IMG/VR virus record: IMGVR_UViG_3300014202_000879
Location: 1 to 64,000 of that record
Source: a virus
DNA length: 64,000 nt
Strand: one strand, 5' to 3'
Made by a program: the position numbers and the translations under genes. This document shows, one piece after another, positions 38,543 to 47,988 of this stretch. The notes below the pieces were generated by a model. That model made no database searches. It saw nothing but the letters and a program-made list of their open reading frames with translations, and was not told the DNA's origin. The number at the start of each line of letters is the position of its first letter. The first letter of the stretch is position 1.

Positions 38543-39175
38543 ATGCCTGACGAACTGAACCCATCGATCACACCCGTGACCAACAACGAACCCGTGGTTG
38601 ATACCACAGCCGTGGAAAACACCGGCACTGTGGTCAACGACCCCCCCGAGGATACGGCAGCAACCCCAGAACCTGCACCCGAAACCCCACCGGAAGCCCC
38701 TGCTGTTCGGATGACTGTCGCCGAGATGATCGAGCACTACAAGGTCAATGGAACGCCTCAACAAAAGGGTTTCTTTGAGACCATGGCCGACTACTCGTAT
38801 CAGATGCGCCCCATGTACAACGCAGCGGTGAGCAATCAGCTGCTGCAACAACGTCAGCTCTTTGCTGCGTTCCTGGACTTGTTTGGCAGCTACCACGGCA
38901 GCGACTTCGGTGACTACTGGAAATGCGTTGTCGGTTATGGCAAGACCCTGGCCAAGGACCATGGTACCTTTGGTCATGACAACTACCTGCGCCACTCCTA
39001 CAAGCTGTACGGAGACGAGAAAGCTCTCTCGCAGCACAAGGCCCTCATGCTGCTGTTTGTGACCATGCTGCAAGGCGGCAAGAAAGCCATCTCTGAATCG
39101 GTGGTCATGGCCAAAGTGGAAGCACTTGGTTTCGAACCCAATGTCATGCGCGGCATCCACCGAGCTTACCTGTAA
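38543..39175 (+). CDS. Hypothetical protein with P/T/E-rich N-terminus
   Basis: 210 aa, AGGA RBS. Confidence 0.75.
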   Translation: MPDELNPSITPVTNNEPVVDTTAVENTGTVVNDPPEDTAATPEPAPETPPEAPAVRMTVAEMIEHYKVNGTPQQKGFFETMADYSYQMRPMYNAAVSNQLLQQRQLFAAFLDLFGSYHGSDFGDYWKCVVGYGKTLAKDHGTFGHDNYLRHSYKLYGDEKALSQHKALMLLFVTMLQGGKKAISESVVMAKVEALGFEPNVMRGIHRAYL

Positions 39176-39184
39176 GGATCGATC

Positions 39185-39676
39185 ATGGACATCGATCTGT
39201 TTTACGAAACCCTGTGTGGTGTCTTGGGCACCTACCTCGTTGCCGGTGTTCCTGACCCAGCGACCCAGAATCATGGCCAAGTGCATCTTGGCTTGATTGC
39301 TCTGGGTCGCGACAAGCTGGATTTCGAAATTCAGTCGGGATCATTCAGCAACCTGGGGTGCCGGTACTTTGGTACCATTCAGTTACCATCTGGAAAAACC
39401 AACATCGTTTTCCATGGGCTGGTGACGCTCAACGACAACATCGAGCTGCGTATTGGTGTGGAGAACATCAAGGTTGTCGACAGTGTCGTTCAAAAAGTTG
39501 CTTCGATTGAATTCAATTTGAGCAATGAAAGAGCACTGATGACGTTCAAAGGCAACCCCGATCTGGAGTTGTTCGATGAGCTCTTTGTGATCAACGCTAT
39601 CTTGATTGCCGTCAACACCGAATGGGATTTTGAATCCAGGATCCGTCTGGCAAAAGCCTGGCACCATCTGCAGTAA
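39185..39676 (+). CDS. Hypothetical protein
   Basis: 163 aa, AAGGA RBS. Confidence 0.75.
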   Translation: MDIDLFYETLCGVLGTYLVAGVPDPATQNHGQVHLGLIALGRDKLDFEIQSGSFSNLGCRYFGTIQLPSGKTNIVFHGLVTLNDNIELRIGVENIKVVDSVVQKVASIEFNLSNERALMTFKGNPDLELFDELFVINAILIAVNTEWDFESRIRLAKAWHHLQ

Positions 39677-39691
39677 AACGCCTTGGCACTG

Positions 39692-39727
39692 TCCGTGTAC
39701 TGTGGGGACATCCCCACAGTACACGGA
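39692..39727. repeat. Palindrome with 17-bp arms and a 2-nt centre
   Basis: tccgtgtactgtgggga-ca-tccccacagtacacgga. Confidence 0.9.
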
Positions 39728-39788
39728 GTATTTGTTCTAAACTTGCGCAAATTGCATGTAAAACTTCTCACACGCAAAGGAAACCACC

Positions 39789-41243
39789 ATGAGCCAATAC
39801 CACATATCCATGATCAACCTGGGCCTGGACGACAACAAAGATCCTGTTAAGGGCCCCGATGTGATTGCTGAAGCCATGCTGAAACTCAAAGCCGACATCG
39901 GTGACGCTGAGCAAACCCAAGCTCCTGACGACACACAGCAGTTCGATAGCCTACCGCAATCCAGTCGTACTTTGGTTGTGGCCACGGAGTCGCTCGATGA
40001 CTCTCAGGACCAGGATGAACAGACAATGGAGCTAAGGCAAAAAACAATAGCAGCAAATCAGAAGAAGAATATCGTTAACTCCAGTGCTTCTGGGGTTTTT
40101 GGCAGCCGCCTTGACTTCCACAAGCCGGCCCTTACCTTCAGTCAACGGGTCGAGGCCCTCAGGCAAGAGATGCTGGCTTCGCAAACTGTGGTCGAAATAG
40201 ACTCCTTGGCTTGTGCTACAGACCAAAGCGAAGTCGGTTCGCCTGCCTTGGAGAGTCAATCGGTAGATGCCAGCACCAAAAAGATTTCTGCGGCCCATAT
40301 TGGAGGGGTATTCGATAAGCGGAACTCTGGGTTGTATGCCAATGACCCCGTACTGTATCTCAGCAAGGTGGTCGGTGAAGAAAGGCCTGGGGCATTCAGT
40401 AACGACCCCATGTCATACTCCGAATACAAAACATTCCTCGAACGTTTCGGGGAAAATGGCAAAGCAGTACTACTTAAACAGCAAGCCTCCGGTAGTGATG
40501 CATTTCATGCCGATGTCGTTGAAATGGACTCCTTGGGCTGGTCTCGTCCGAATCAACCCAAGGAAACCCAAGACAAGGTGCAGGTCATCCTGACATGCAT
40601 ACTGATGACAAACATCGTTCGTACACGTGGCGGAAGCAAATCACTTTCCAGCACAAGCATGGGGTTGTGGTATTGGCAAACAGTAAAGACACCGAAGGAT
40701 TTGGTCGGGTTGCTTTCCTACACCATGAGCTCCAAAACCGATTGGAACCTCGATTTCCGAAAGCTGTTGGCCAAAAACTCTTCCGTTGTGAAGTCGCTCA
40801 GAAGTCTGGTGAACCTGAACGGAGACGACAACGACGACATCTCCGATGAGCAATTCCTGTTCGCCATCAGTGACAAAGAGATGGTGTTCATTCTGGCTGC
40901 TTGGTTGGGCATGCAGTTCGAGGAAACCAAAACGCTGTACCAGGAGAGAAATCCTGGTGAAGACGAGGGACCTGTCTACCGTTCTAAATGCGATGAAGCA
41001 ATGTCTGAGTCGCAATTTCAACGGGTGCATCGGTCTGTACAGTGGCATGCTACCAACAACTTTGCGGCCCTTTATAACAATGTAAGGGATATCGTTCAGT
41101 CGACCATCGTCAAGCTGAAGGTTAATTTTGAAAAGCCCGCCGAGAAGAGAGCAAGCTTGCGCAGAGAAAAGAAAAAGAAGGTGCTTAAAGACTACAAGGG
41201 GTCTGTCGCCTACAAGCTGATCAATTCCTTCAAGGCAAAGTGA
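39789..41243 (+). CDS. Putative internal head protein with acidic propeptide
   Basis: 484 aa. Acidic N-terminus with A-T-E and A-L-E prohead-protease-type sites; basic C-terminus. Confidence 0.55.
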   Translation: MSQYHISMINLGLDDNKDPVKGPDVIAEAMLKLKADIGDAEQTQAPDDTQQFDSLPQSSRTLVVATESLDDSQDQDEQTMELRQKTIAANQKKNIVNSSASGVFGSRLDFHKPALTFSQRVEALRQEMLASQTVVEIDSLACATDQSEVGSPALESQSVDASTKKISAAHIGGVFDKRNSGLYANDPVLYLSKVVGEERPGAFSNDPMSYSEYKTFLERFGENGKAVLLKQQASGSDAFHADVVEMDSLGWSRPNQPKETQDKVQVILTCILMTNIVRTRGGSKSLSSTSMGLWYWQTVKTPKDLVGLLSYTMSSKTDWNLDFRKLLAKNSSVVKSLRSLVNLNGDDNDDISDEQFLFAISDKEMVFILAAWLGMQFEETKTLYQERNPGEDEGPVYRSKCDEAMSESQFQRVHRSVQWHATNNFAALYNNVRDIVQSTIVKLKVNFEKPAEKRASLRREKKKKVLKDYKGSVAYKLINSFKAK

Positions 41244-41349
41244 GCATCGTTTCTACTCCTCGGTAAAGGGGGGTAGAAGCCTGTTCTAAGGTTGTGTGGG
41301 TTCTATATACCTCAACCGACCATACCCTTTCAACTACAGAGGAACAGAT

Positions 41350-41817
41350 ATGACAGACAGACTACTGCATGCCGTTGTGTCCATCACCAGCGTCACAACC
41401 AAAGCTTTCATCGACTACAACGTGTACATGTATTTCACAAACGGCGTACGGCCGTTCTGGTACCCAGGTATGGGTAACGACGCCACGATAGTCAATCACA
41501 AGGACCATGGAAACATCTGCAGGATCTTGGCCAACATGACCACCGTAAAGATTGTGATGGCCCAGGCTGCATGCACATACGGTGCACCCTTGAGTAAAAG
41601 CGAAACCATATTCAGTCAAGAGGTCCGTGAGATTGCTCGGATAGGGTTCAGGACAGAGGCGGTCATCATGTCTGATGAAGCATCGGACCCTGTTGCTTTG
41701 CAAGAAGAATCGCTACGCAGGCAAGACGACCACCTGAACAAGATGCTCAAGCTGGACAAACACATAAAGGGTCCGAGACCGCATATGAAAAATCTCAATG
41801 ATATATACTTCAACTGA
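41350..41817 (+). CDS. Hypothetical protein
   Basis: 155 aa, GAGGA RBS, promoter-like motif at 41304. Confidence 0.7.
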   Translation: MTDRLLHAVVSITSVTTKAFIDYNVYMYFTNGVRPFWYPGMGNDATIVNHKDHGNICRILANMTTVKIVMAQAACTYGAPLSKSETIFSQEVREIARIGFRTEAVIMSDEASDPVALQEESLRRQDDHLNKMLKLDKHIKGPRPHMKNLNDIYFN

Positions 41818-41820
41818 CAC
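41802..41820 (+). promoter_or_regulatory. Putative early promoter
   Basis: tatatact-tcaac-tgacac. Confidence 0.72.
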
Positions 41821-41906
41821 TTTGGCTAATAGTTGCTGAGTTGTGTCGGTTGCAAGCACGCAACGAGAAGGCTGGCTTCGCCTATTTAAGAAGCAAGGAG
41901 TTTTCC

Positions 41907-42011
41907 ATGGAACAATATTGGGACGTCCCTCTGATCCCTACGCTGCTTATCGCAGCAGGTGTCGTGTATTTTGTCATCGACGCATGGCGTCGGTGGGGTG
42001 AAGAAGAATGA
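41907..42011 (+). CDS. Small single-TM membrane peptide, 34 aa (not in the ORF track)
   Basis: AAGGAG RBS. MEQYWDVPLIPTLLIAAGVVYFVIDAWRRWGEEE. ATGA overlap with the next gene. Confidence 0.75.
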   Translation: MEQYWDVPLIPTLLIAAGVVYFVIDAWRRWGEEE

Positions 42012-42529
42012 TCGGCAACGCTCATTTCTTCGCTGAGGTTGTCCTGTGCGGCTCTGAGCAAGAGTATGCAGACTACCTTACTTCGTGTGGGATCAGAGAT
42101 GAGCTCCTGGCGAAGAATATCGATCATCTCAAACGAACCGGTGGGGGTGCTGCCATGATCATCGATCACGACACGCTCGATACCATTCGCAGATTTGGCG
42201 ATGGTATCGAGCACCAGGAGAAGAACGGCATCGCTCTAGGCGGCCATGTCGTCGTGGTCAATTTCTTTGGGTTGACGCCTGAGGAAATGTTTGCTGTGGT
42301 CGCTCACGAAAGCGGTCACGTTGCATGCGGCCACCGCAGTGACGATGGTGAGGATGAGCTGCGCAGAGAACTCGAAGCAGACAGAATGGCTGCCTACGAG
42401 GTGGGGGCAGACCTTATGAAGTCCGCCCTCATCAAGTTGAGGAACAGACTCATTGTGTCCTATCCTTCAGAAATGAGCTTTCAGCATTTTGAAAATCTGA
42501 ATGCGCGTATAGAGGCGCTAACCTTTTGA
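42008..42529 (+). CDS. Zincin metallopeptidase (M48-like)
   Basis: AVVAHESGH...RRELEADRMAA...SALIKL. Confidence 0.8.
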   Translation: MIGNAHFFAEVVLCGSEQEYADYLTSCGIRDELLAKNIDHLKRTGGGAAMIIDHDTLDTIRRFGDGIEHQEKNGIALGGHVVVVNFFGLTPEEMFAVVAHESGHVACGHRSDDGEDELRRELEADRMAAYEVGADLMKSALIKLRNRLIVSYPSEMSFQHFENLNARIEALTF

Positions 42530-42607
42530 AAGGCACTGATTTGGTCAGAAAAACACAGCACCATTGGGGTGGGTGTTTTTTTTTCTTTTCTATCACATCT
42601 ATACTCA

Positions 42608-42626
42608 CATATACTTCAACTGACAC
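42608..42626 (+). promoter_or_regulatory. Putative early promoter
   Basis: catatact-tcaac-tgacac. Confidence 0.7.
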
Positions 42627-42665
42627 AACGCAGTGTTGTGACTAACCGTGAAGGATGGCGACCGT

Positions 42666-43136
42666 ATGAATAACATAGGCTCCATGGATAAACCTGTCAA
42701 AGATGTCAGGTTCCGTGCAGAGGACTCCAAACTTATCGGAGTCATCATGAGCACCATTGGTGATAAGCCCGACTGGTGGAGCAGACGGTTTGAACTCGCC
42801 GGATATGTGGACCGGTGTATCCAAGCAGGTTTCTGCAAAACCTCTGACCAGATGAGGCTATGTGCCTTGCGTTATATCGATGGTAAACGCAAGATCACCC
42901 CGCCAGGTACAAAGAAGAAAAAGACAGCCGAGAAAAAACTTGCGGCTGTCCTCAAAAATGTACCTCGTGCGCTTTCGGACGCAATAGACAACGTCTGTAA
43001 ATCCAAGTCAGCTGACGAGTACAAGAATGGGAACACCAAAGCCATTAACTCGATGGTAGGTATGGTGATGAAGCTCCATAAGTACGACGCAGCCATCGTC
43101 AAACAACTACTGATCAACAAACTGGAGGATCGTTGA
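42666..43136 (+). CDS. Protein with C-terminal GatB/YqeY-like domain
   Basis: ADEYKNGNTKAINSMVGMVMK...DAAIVKQLLINKL. Confidence 0.72.
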   Translation: MNNIGSMDKPVKDVRFRAEDSKLIGVIMSTIGDKPDWWSRRFELAGYVDRCIQAGFCKTSDQMRLCALRYIDGKRKITPPGTKKKKTAEKKLAAVLKNVPRALSDAIDNVCKSKSADEYKNGNTKAINSMVGMVMKLHKYDAAIVKQLLINKLEDR

Positions 43137-43966
43137 TGAAAACACCCCACAAAACAATCTCATCTGTGCTTGCGAGAAAAAAGATTCCTATGGAACACGA
43201 ACTTAGTGCCGATGATCTCAAAAAGAAACTGATCAGAGACGAGGATGGTGACTGCAGTGTCGCCGGTATGCGATTTGAGAAATACCGGTTTGCGTCATCT
43301 GGGTCTTACGAGAGCGACTGGATGAAAATAGTCTATCTGATCGACAATCCCGTACCTGGCTTTCCACCTGTATTGCTCGTGGCCATGAACCGCAGGAGAA
43401 ATGCTTATAAGCGATCCTCAGAACTCTTCAAGACATTAGAACCAGTGGGGCACCATGCGGCTTATGTTTCGAACAGCAGCGTGATTATCTGCCCTCATTG
43501 TACCTTGAGCGACATCTTCAGCGTGCGTTTTTGGCCACACGCACATTACTCGGTCAAGCAAAACCATGACGGTGCATGGGGCATCACATCCGTGCGCTAC
43601 GCTGCGTCCATGGCTGATCTCATATCAGAGCTGGGATCGCCAGTATCCCGAATCGAATACCCTAAGAACGGGATTGTTAGCCACAACAATGGGATTATTT
43701 TTGGTGGCATCAAGATGACCAAAGAAAATGCCATCTGGTTATTTACATCCATTCTGAATCAGCCACAGGTAGGTAGCAGCCAGGCTATCTTGAGTGTCCT
43801 GTACCCTCAGGTCATGTGTCTGCATGCGCAGCAAACCAGTTTCGATGCATCTGCTACTTTGGCTGGACTCTTGACGGAAATGGCCACAGCGTTAGAGGAG
43901 ATCCTCTTGGCTGAGATGGCCATGAAGTCAAAAAAACTTACCGAGTTAATGACAAAGCCACTGTAG
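43133..43966 (+). CDS. Hypothetical protein, paralog of 45341-46147
   Basis: Shared block IIFGG...KENAIWLF..I......G...AI...LYP. Confidence 0.75.
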   Translation: MMKTPHKTISSVLARKKIPMEHELSADDLKKKLIRDEDGDCSVAGMRFEKYRFASSGSYESDWMKIVYLIDNPVPGFPPVLLVAMNRRRNAYKRSSELFKTLEPVGHHAAYVSNSSVIICPHCTLSDIFSVRFWPHAHYSVKQNHDGAWGITSVRYAASMADLISELGSPVSRIEYPKNGIVSHNNGIIFGGIKMTKENAIWLFTSILNQPQVGSSQAILSVLYPQVMCLHAQQTSFDASATLAGLLTEMATALEEILLAEMAMKSKKLTELMTKPL

Positions 43967-44030
43967 CACCACAACAATCCAGTAACTATTCACCCGTCCC
44001 TTTCCCAACCACCAACCCTAGGAGTCCATC

Positions 44031-45266
44031 ATGAACACCCCTCAACAAGTCGTGTACCGCAATTCAGTCCCATGCTCCCCCATGAGCCCCAAATCGAAAC
44101 TGCTGTGGATGCCCAACACCCCCGCTTCGCTGATGATGCTCGAATCCCCCATCGCAATAATGGGGAACGGCTTCAACATGGCCTACCAGAAGCAAGTGGG
44201 TTTGGTCATCATCACATCAAAAGGCGAAGTACCAACCATCGATCCGGATATACTGTTGGTCAAAGCCTACAACACTTTGCAGGTGAGTCCCTACGACAAC
44301 AACTACACCCCCGCCGACCATTACAATCGAGTCGCCATTCAGCTCAAAGCCATTTTGTCACTGATCGCTGAGACCGGCTCCAGTGCCCTCGGGCATACGG
44401 ATGAGTCGCTCTCTTTCTGGAACGCTCAAAGGGCCAAGTACATGAGTCGGCGTTACCCATGTGTCTCTGACCTGGATACGTTGACCATTTACAAAGACAT
44501 CACGGTTTCTGCTTTACACGACGAAGCAACCAAGCATGCCGAAAGAGCGTTTCGCAGTCTGAAGACGTTTCAAACGATCATGCTGCTGGAGACGCTTTAT
44601 GGTTCTCATGGTTCTATGCCTGTTATGTATGACAGCGGTTCGTATCTGGCTAGGGAGCCCTCCTGGAACAACCTCCTGGTCCACGAAGGGTTCTTGGCCA
44701 ATGCCGAAATGGTGCTGAAGGAGTTCGCAGACGAACCCAGGAATTCTTTCCGATTTGAGATCAAAAACATCGATCGGTCGGCTGCAGACTTTGCTGCGTT
44801 CATCACCAAAACACCCGAGATGTTTGGAAAACCAGCCTGTTGGCGTCTGTGGACCTCCATGGACGGCGAGTCGCGGTCGGTTGTGAATGAATCGGATTCC
44901 ATCAGCCACTTGGTGAACATGGTCTCGTACATACAGGAGAACGGCAGCCTGGATACAACACCTTTGTTCAATTACTCATCGACACCAGGTGGTTATACGG
45001 GCAGCATGGTCGGACCAAACGGCTTGAACTTCCCTATGCCGGTATCCCAGCCACCTATGTTCGAGAAAGCGGCCGATGTCCCACACTGGCACCCTGCGTT
45101 CAAGCAACGTGATCGACGGCCTTTGCCTGGGCCACGAGGCAGTTCCGATGGGCTGTGTACCCGTATCGAAGAGCCCCATGAACCAAACACACAGCCGCCT
45201 CAATCGATGGGGGTGCTGGGTAAGTTCTCAGGCAGCGCTAATGTCGGTGACACCACACGCCGCTGA
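44031..45266 (+). CDS. Hypothetical protein
   Basis: 411 aa, AGGAG RBS, Pro-rich tail. Confidence 0.8.
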   Translation: MNTPQQVVYRNSVPCSPMSPKSKLLWMPNTPASLMMLESPIAIMGNGFNMAYQKQVGLVIITSKGEVPTIDPDILLVKAYNTLQVSPYDNNYTPADHYNRVAIQLKAILSLIAETGSSALGHTDESLSFWNAQRAKYMSRRYPCVSDLDTLTIYKDITVSALHDEATKHAERAFRSLKTFQTIMLLETLYGSHGSMPVMYDSGSYLAREPSWNNLLVHEGFLANAEMVLKEFADEPRNSFRFEIKNIDRSAADFAAFITKTPEMFGKPACWRLWTSMDGESRSVVNESDSISHLVNMVSYIQENGSLDTTPLFNYSSTPGGYTGSMVGPNGLNFPMPVSQPPMFEKAADVPHWHPAFKQRDRRPLPGPRGSSDGLCTRIEEPHEPNTQPPQSMGVLGKFSGSANVGDTTRR

Positions 45267-45279
45267 TTGGTGATCCTGT

Positions 45280-45319
45280 AAGGATGGTACTGCGTATTTT
45301 GCAGTACCATCCTTTTTTT
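45280..45319 (+). terminator. Intrinsic terminator
   Basis: aaggatggtactgc/gcagtaccatcctt plus T-tract. Confidence 0.85.
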
Positions 45320-45340
45320 CAACTCATTCATAACAACACC

Positions 45341-46147
45341 ATGGAAAAAGAAAATCAGTCGCTTGAGCAAAACCACGCCATCTCCACCAGTCTGGCTCAT
45401 ATACAAAACCACTTTATGGTGGGTGGTATAGAAGTAGTCCGGCACAATGGAGTAGGTTCTGCTGAGGGTGTGGAGACCTATCTCGTCACCAAGAGCCCGA
45501 CCCACGACATAGGCGCCAAGACCAACATCTTCAGAGGCAACCTCATGCCTGGTACTTATGTCGTGGTAGAACGTGAAAACCCCAGTACCTTGGAAACTGA
45601 CAGAACTTCTTGGGTTGAAACTTGTGAACTTGCGGGGTTGGGTGAAGTCAAGATGGGCACCTATTCGAAGCACCGATACCCACCCACCAACGAACCTCTT
45701 CTGGCCGTAAACCAGATGGCTGTCTACGAGGTGGTATACATACAGTTGGTGTACAGAAAAGATGGTACAGCCAGACAAGTCGTTAGCAGTTCCCAGAGTC
45801 TTGAAACAGCCTATAGCAGGGGCAGCCAAGCTACCGTGTCACGCAGACACACCTTTGTCTCTAAGGAGGCGCTTGATCCCGTCTTGATTGATCTTGGTGA
45901 CAGTGTCTTGTTCGCTGGCCGTGCCTGGGAAAAAGAAAAAGCAGTGGCTTTGTTCAAAGACATTGTGGACAAAGGTTGCATCGGCGACGTCCGTGCCATT
46001 ATGGAATTCTTGTACCCAAGTATGTACATTACCGAAGACCAATCCAAGCCCATCGTGCCAAGCTTGGTCTTTGACCGAATGATTAACCTGATGAGAACAG
46101 TCATACAGGGACACGGGTTTGACCCGCTGGCCTACTTTTCCTCTTGA
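45341..46147 (+). CDS. Hypothetical protein, paralog of 43133-43966
   Basis: VLFAG...KEKAVALF..I......G...AI...LYP. Confidence 0.75.
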   Translation: MEKENQSLEQNHAISTSLAHIQNHFMVGGIEVVRHNGVGSAEGVETYLVTKSPTHDIGAKTNIFRGNLMPGTYVVVERENPSTLETDRTSWVETCELAGLGEVKMGTYSKHRYPPTNEPLLAVNQMAVYEVVYIQLVYRKDGTARQVVSSSQSLETAYSRGSQATVSRRHTFVSKEALDPVLIDLGDSVLFAGRAWEKEKAVALFKDIVDKGCIGDVRAIMEFLYPSMYITEDQSKPIVPSLVFDRMINLMRTVIQGHGFDPLAYFSS

Positions 46148-46172
46148 GACCACAACCACGGAAGTCACAACC

Positions 46173-46832
46173 ATGAACCCAAAACCTGCGGTAGCACGGA
46201 CCAAAGGACAGAAATCCAAGGAACTCGATCGTACCGAATTAATTATGTTGACCACGGACATCTGTAATATCACAACCATGAACCCAGAACTCATAGTAGC
46301 ACAAATGGTCAGTAAGCGTGCCGATGGGACCTCTACTGCTGACCCACACCATGTGAACAAAGCTGTAGAACAGTTTGTGCGCCTGCGGCATTTGACCCAG
46401 TGCATCGAAAACACAAAAGACTACCCGCCTACCGAGCTCCAGAAAAGGATCCTGGAGTTTGGTTTGGACTACCATGCTTTGATGTATGCAAAGTCAACAC
46501 CTGGTGCAGACATTGCCGCTTTGCAGGAGTTGGCTCTCACCACGGACACCAACCGTAAGATGTACGGTGATGAGGATGGTGGCGAGATTGCTTACGATTT
46601 TGCTGGCATCGACGGTGCGGACAAGAAGGCGTGTGAGAAAAGAATCCTGGAAGTTGGTTCTGCTGACATGTGCCTGAAGTTTGCTTTGAATGTGCCTGGT
46701 GCTGATGTGGAGGCACTGCACGCCAGAGTAAAAGGTATGAGGGAACCGATGGATCGGGGTTCATGGGGTGACATATTGGATCAGCTTGTTACTATCTTGA
46801 GCTTCTACAACACCAACCAACCCAAGACATAA
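46173..46832 (+). CDS. Helical-repeat protein (three GAD-type repeats)
   Basis: YAKSTPGADIAALQ / FAGIDGADKKACE / FALNVPGADVEALH. Confidence 0.75.
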   Translation: MNPKPAVARTKGQKSKELDRTELIMLTTDICNITTMNPELIVAQMVSKRADGTSTADPHHVNKAVEQFVRLRHLTQCIENTKDYPPTELQKRILEFGLDYHALMYAKSTPGADIAALQELALTTDTNRKMYGDEDGGEIAYDFAGIDGADKKACEKRILEVGSADMCLKFALNVPGADVEALHARVKGMREPMDRGSWGDILDQLVTILSFYNTNQPKT

Positions 46833-46887
46833 TCCACACGGGGCGCATGTTCATACCATGCACCCCTCCCTATCTTTTTTTGGCTCC

Positions 46888-46906
46888 TATATACTTTAAC
46901 TGACAT
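46888..46906 (+). promoter_or_regulatory. Putative early promoter
   Basis: tatatact-ttaac-tgacat. Confidence 0.7.
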
Positions 46907-46944
46907 ACCTGCCAATAGGTCATGCTCATCGCCACAAGTACGTG

Positions 46945-46980
46945 GCAAAGGGTTAGTCTACACCCTGCACAAAAGGACAA
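46945..46980 (+). promoter_or_regulatory. 36-nt 5' leader element, copy 2
   Basis: Identical to 32286-32321. Confidence 0.8.
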
Positions 46981-46992
46981 AGGAATTGAAAA

Positions 46993-47724
46993 ATGGCTAC
47001 ATGTTTTCACATCGGCAACAAGGTGGTACATAAAACCTCCTTGAATAGCTGGGGGTTTGATATCGTAAACATCGACGGCAGTGCTGTGGACGAAGTGAAG
47101 GTTGGTGAACTGTTCATCATTCATTCTGTGCTGCTGGACAAATACAGAATGATCAGCGAGGCAAGCGAGCTGGCCGCTCTCATCGAGAAAGTACTCGAAG
47201 GGGTCTATGGTGAGCAGAGAGAACAGGATGGTCTTGTGAACAAAATCGACGCCGTCGAACTCATGAAACTGAAGGTCAGCCATGAGGTGAATTCGAACAT
47301 GTTCGAAAAAATGTTCGAGTTGGAGGTCAAAAATCTCACCAAGCGGCTGGAAACACGGTTCGCTTGTCTGCTGCTGGACGGGCGGTTTGTTCCGAGCCAG
47401 CCGTTGGACAACGCGGCCATCGATGCTCTGATCGAGGTAGCACACTCGGATCTGCGTGAACAGGCGGAGAAGTTGTTCTTGGCTGAAGAACGCTTTGTGT
47501 TCCCTTTCAGTTCCCCTGACACGGGCTGGGTATACGCAGCACTGATCTGGAGACCGACAACCAGCAAAAAGGGCAACCGGGCTCTTGTGGTGGATCGCAA
47601 AACCTACATCAGCCTGTTACCACAAGAATTCCCCGATGAGTCCCCAGTGGGAAAAAACGTGGCTGTGGAGGGATTTCCTTCCATGGTGCAAGCGCTGAAC
47701 GCTCTCCTCAGTCGCTGGTGGTGA
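46993..47724 (+). CDS. Hypothetical early protein
   Basis: 243 aa, AAGGA RBS. Confidence 0.8.
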   Translation: MATCFHIGNKVVHKTSLNSWGFDIVNIDGSAVDEVKVGELFIIHSVLLDKYRMISEASELAALIEKVLEGVYGEQREQDGLVNKIDAVELMKLKVSHEVNSNMFEKMFELEVKNLTKRLETRFACLLLDGRFVPSQPLDNAAIDALIEVAHSDLREQAEKLFLAEERFVFPFSSPDTGWVYAALIWRPTTSKKGNRALVVDRKTYISLLPQEFPDESPVGKNVAVEGFPSMVQALNALLSRWW

Positions 47725-47729
47725 TGTAG

Positions 47730-47761
47730 GTGTGTATGGGTGCCTAGGCACCCATACACAC
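47730..47761. repeat. Perfect 32-bp palindrome with no loop
   Basis: gtgtgtatgggtgcct|aggcacccatacacac. Confidence 0.92.
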
Positions 47762-47988
47762 TCATACAGCTGCTACTGATAACCAAATCCACAACCAATC
47801 ATTTTTTCTTACATCATGAAACATCGCACAAAACTCGATACTGGGTCATGGGAAAGCACCCGGACGAACGACATCTGGCTATTCTCCGTCTGCAGCACAT
47901 AGGCAAAGAGCTCGAAAGACTGAGGATCAAATTGGTTACCATTCACCAAAATTCCATCAAGCCGAGCAGCTCATAAGGAAAAGAAACC

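Noticed and set aside
47740-47976. 78-aa ORF after the palindrome
   Set aside because: Starts inside the palindrome with no RBS. A shorter internal ORF is possible but unsupported.
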